Assembly: GCA_000934665.2 (NCBI GenBank)
Contig: KZ538957.1
Coordinates: forward strand, 1-38,623
DNA length: 38,623 bases
Source: Catajapyx aquilonaris
Lineage: Eukaryota
Direction: 5' to 3'
In this document: piece after piece, positions 37,470 to 38,623 of the stretch
Numbering within the stretch: position 1 is the first letter of the stretch
How the letters are laid out: each line of letters begins with the position of its first letter
Program-made: the position numbers and the translations under genes
The notes under the pieces: model-generated
The model's database searches: none
Seen by the model: only the letters and a program-made list of their open reading frames with translations
What the model was told of the DNA's origin: nothing

Positions 37470-38623
37470 ACTACTGGATATAACCAATTTTTCACAAACA
37501 ATATTAATGTCACAATACATTTTATGTGCTAAAATCGAATAACACACACCATATGGCCAATGCACATCATTTTACATCATTTTAATATCCGTACATATTA
37601 CTATCTCAATCACTGTTAATAATTAAATAAAAAAATTCTATTTTTTGATTTAGCCCCAGCTAAATTGACCCAGGTTGAGAATACATAGGTCCCTCGTTTT
37701 TTCCCCCTCTCCTAAATTGGAAACTGGTGTCCGTTTGATCTTGTCCAGGGTTGGTTTGGTTGAAAGGAAAATTCTGGTATCCATGATTACAGTGGGTTTA
37801 TGGAGCCGGCGAAACGAATAAGCGCAGAGAGTGGTGGATAGGGTGGGGCTGGTTTTTTTTTTTTTTTTTTTTTTTNGGGGGGGGGGTTGGCTTATTTAGC
37901 GTTCATTCCTTGTGAGGCCACTGCTTTTGTGCGCTTATTACGCAGCCATCTAAAGTCGCTGCGAGCATTTTGGGCTCTGTTGGAGTTCAAACAGCGTCAA
38001 ATGGGAAACCTTCGATGGTCGGTCCCTTTTTTGCATACAAACAATAGCACTGATATCTGGGGCTGACCAGCTAGTCTGTGATATGGAATGGGGGGTTTGG
38101 GGAGGGGGGTATGCTCCTGCCTTTTGCCGGAATAATATTCAAGTCGACCGGGGCAGAAGAAGCCGGATGTTCGTGCGATTTCAAAGGGATCTGTGTATGG
38201 CCACAAAACCGGCGAAAAAAAGCGGAGGGAATCCGACAGCTTTGGTTTCATATATGAGGTACATAACGAGGTGTGAATGTATAATTTCATTTTTTTGCAC
38301 ATTTTTGAGCTGTAATAATTTTTTTATTTATTATACCCCGGTGGGTTTTACAAACCTTTGGGGGGGAGACGACTGGTTGCTTCGTAAATATTATTACTAA
38401 CAATGTTACTTGGTTGGTTTTTAACATAATGCAAATTTACATCTTTACAACTAAAGGGATAATCATCTTAACATTTTGATAATTTGGGAAGTATGTATAA
38501 GATTAACAAAAATTGATATAATTGTTTTTTTTTTTGTTTTTTTTTTGTTTGTTTTTTTACATCACTAAAGATGTTATGCTGAAACCACTCGCTTGCTCAC
38601 ATGACGCAGAAAATTTTGGAGGT

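Noticed and set aside
21..38400. All ORFs in the six-frame track (60-155 aa)
   Set aside because: They are short, overlap on both strands, often start at non-ATG codons and contain no recognisable domain, which is consistent with chance ORFs in non-coding DNA.

Overview
Non-coding eukaryotic DNA, inferred to be from an invertebrate animal. None of the short ORFs in the six-frame track resembles a protein I recognise, and I see no rRNA, intact tRNA or CRISPR array. The window reads as a gene desert or large intron, with GC-richer islands alternating with AT-rich spacers that hold small mobile elements. Elements read directly from the sequence: (A) four copies of a ~215-255 bp solo-LTR-like repeat, each with a CTCF-like motif near one end; (B) three copies of a hAT-like element with 8-bp target-site duplications, shared termini and different internal hairpins, one nested inside a family A copy; three TA-flanked Tc1/mariner/pogo-type MITEs; a 190 bp foldback element; and two convergent tRNA-derived SINEs. 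The most interesting observations are the exchangeable and flipped hairpin core of family B, the CTCF-like motif carried by family A, and a CTCF/YY1(Pho)-like motif cluster at 31.8-33.0 kb. Family assignments rest on terminal and TSD signatures only, with no database search.
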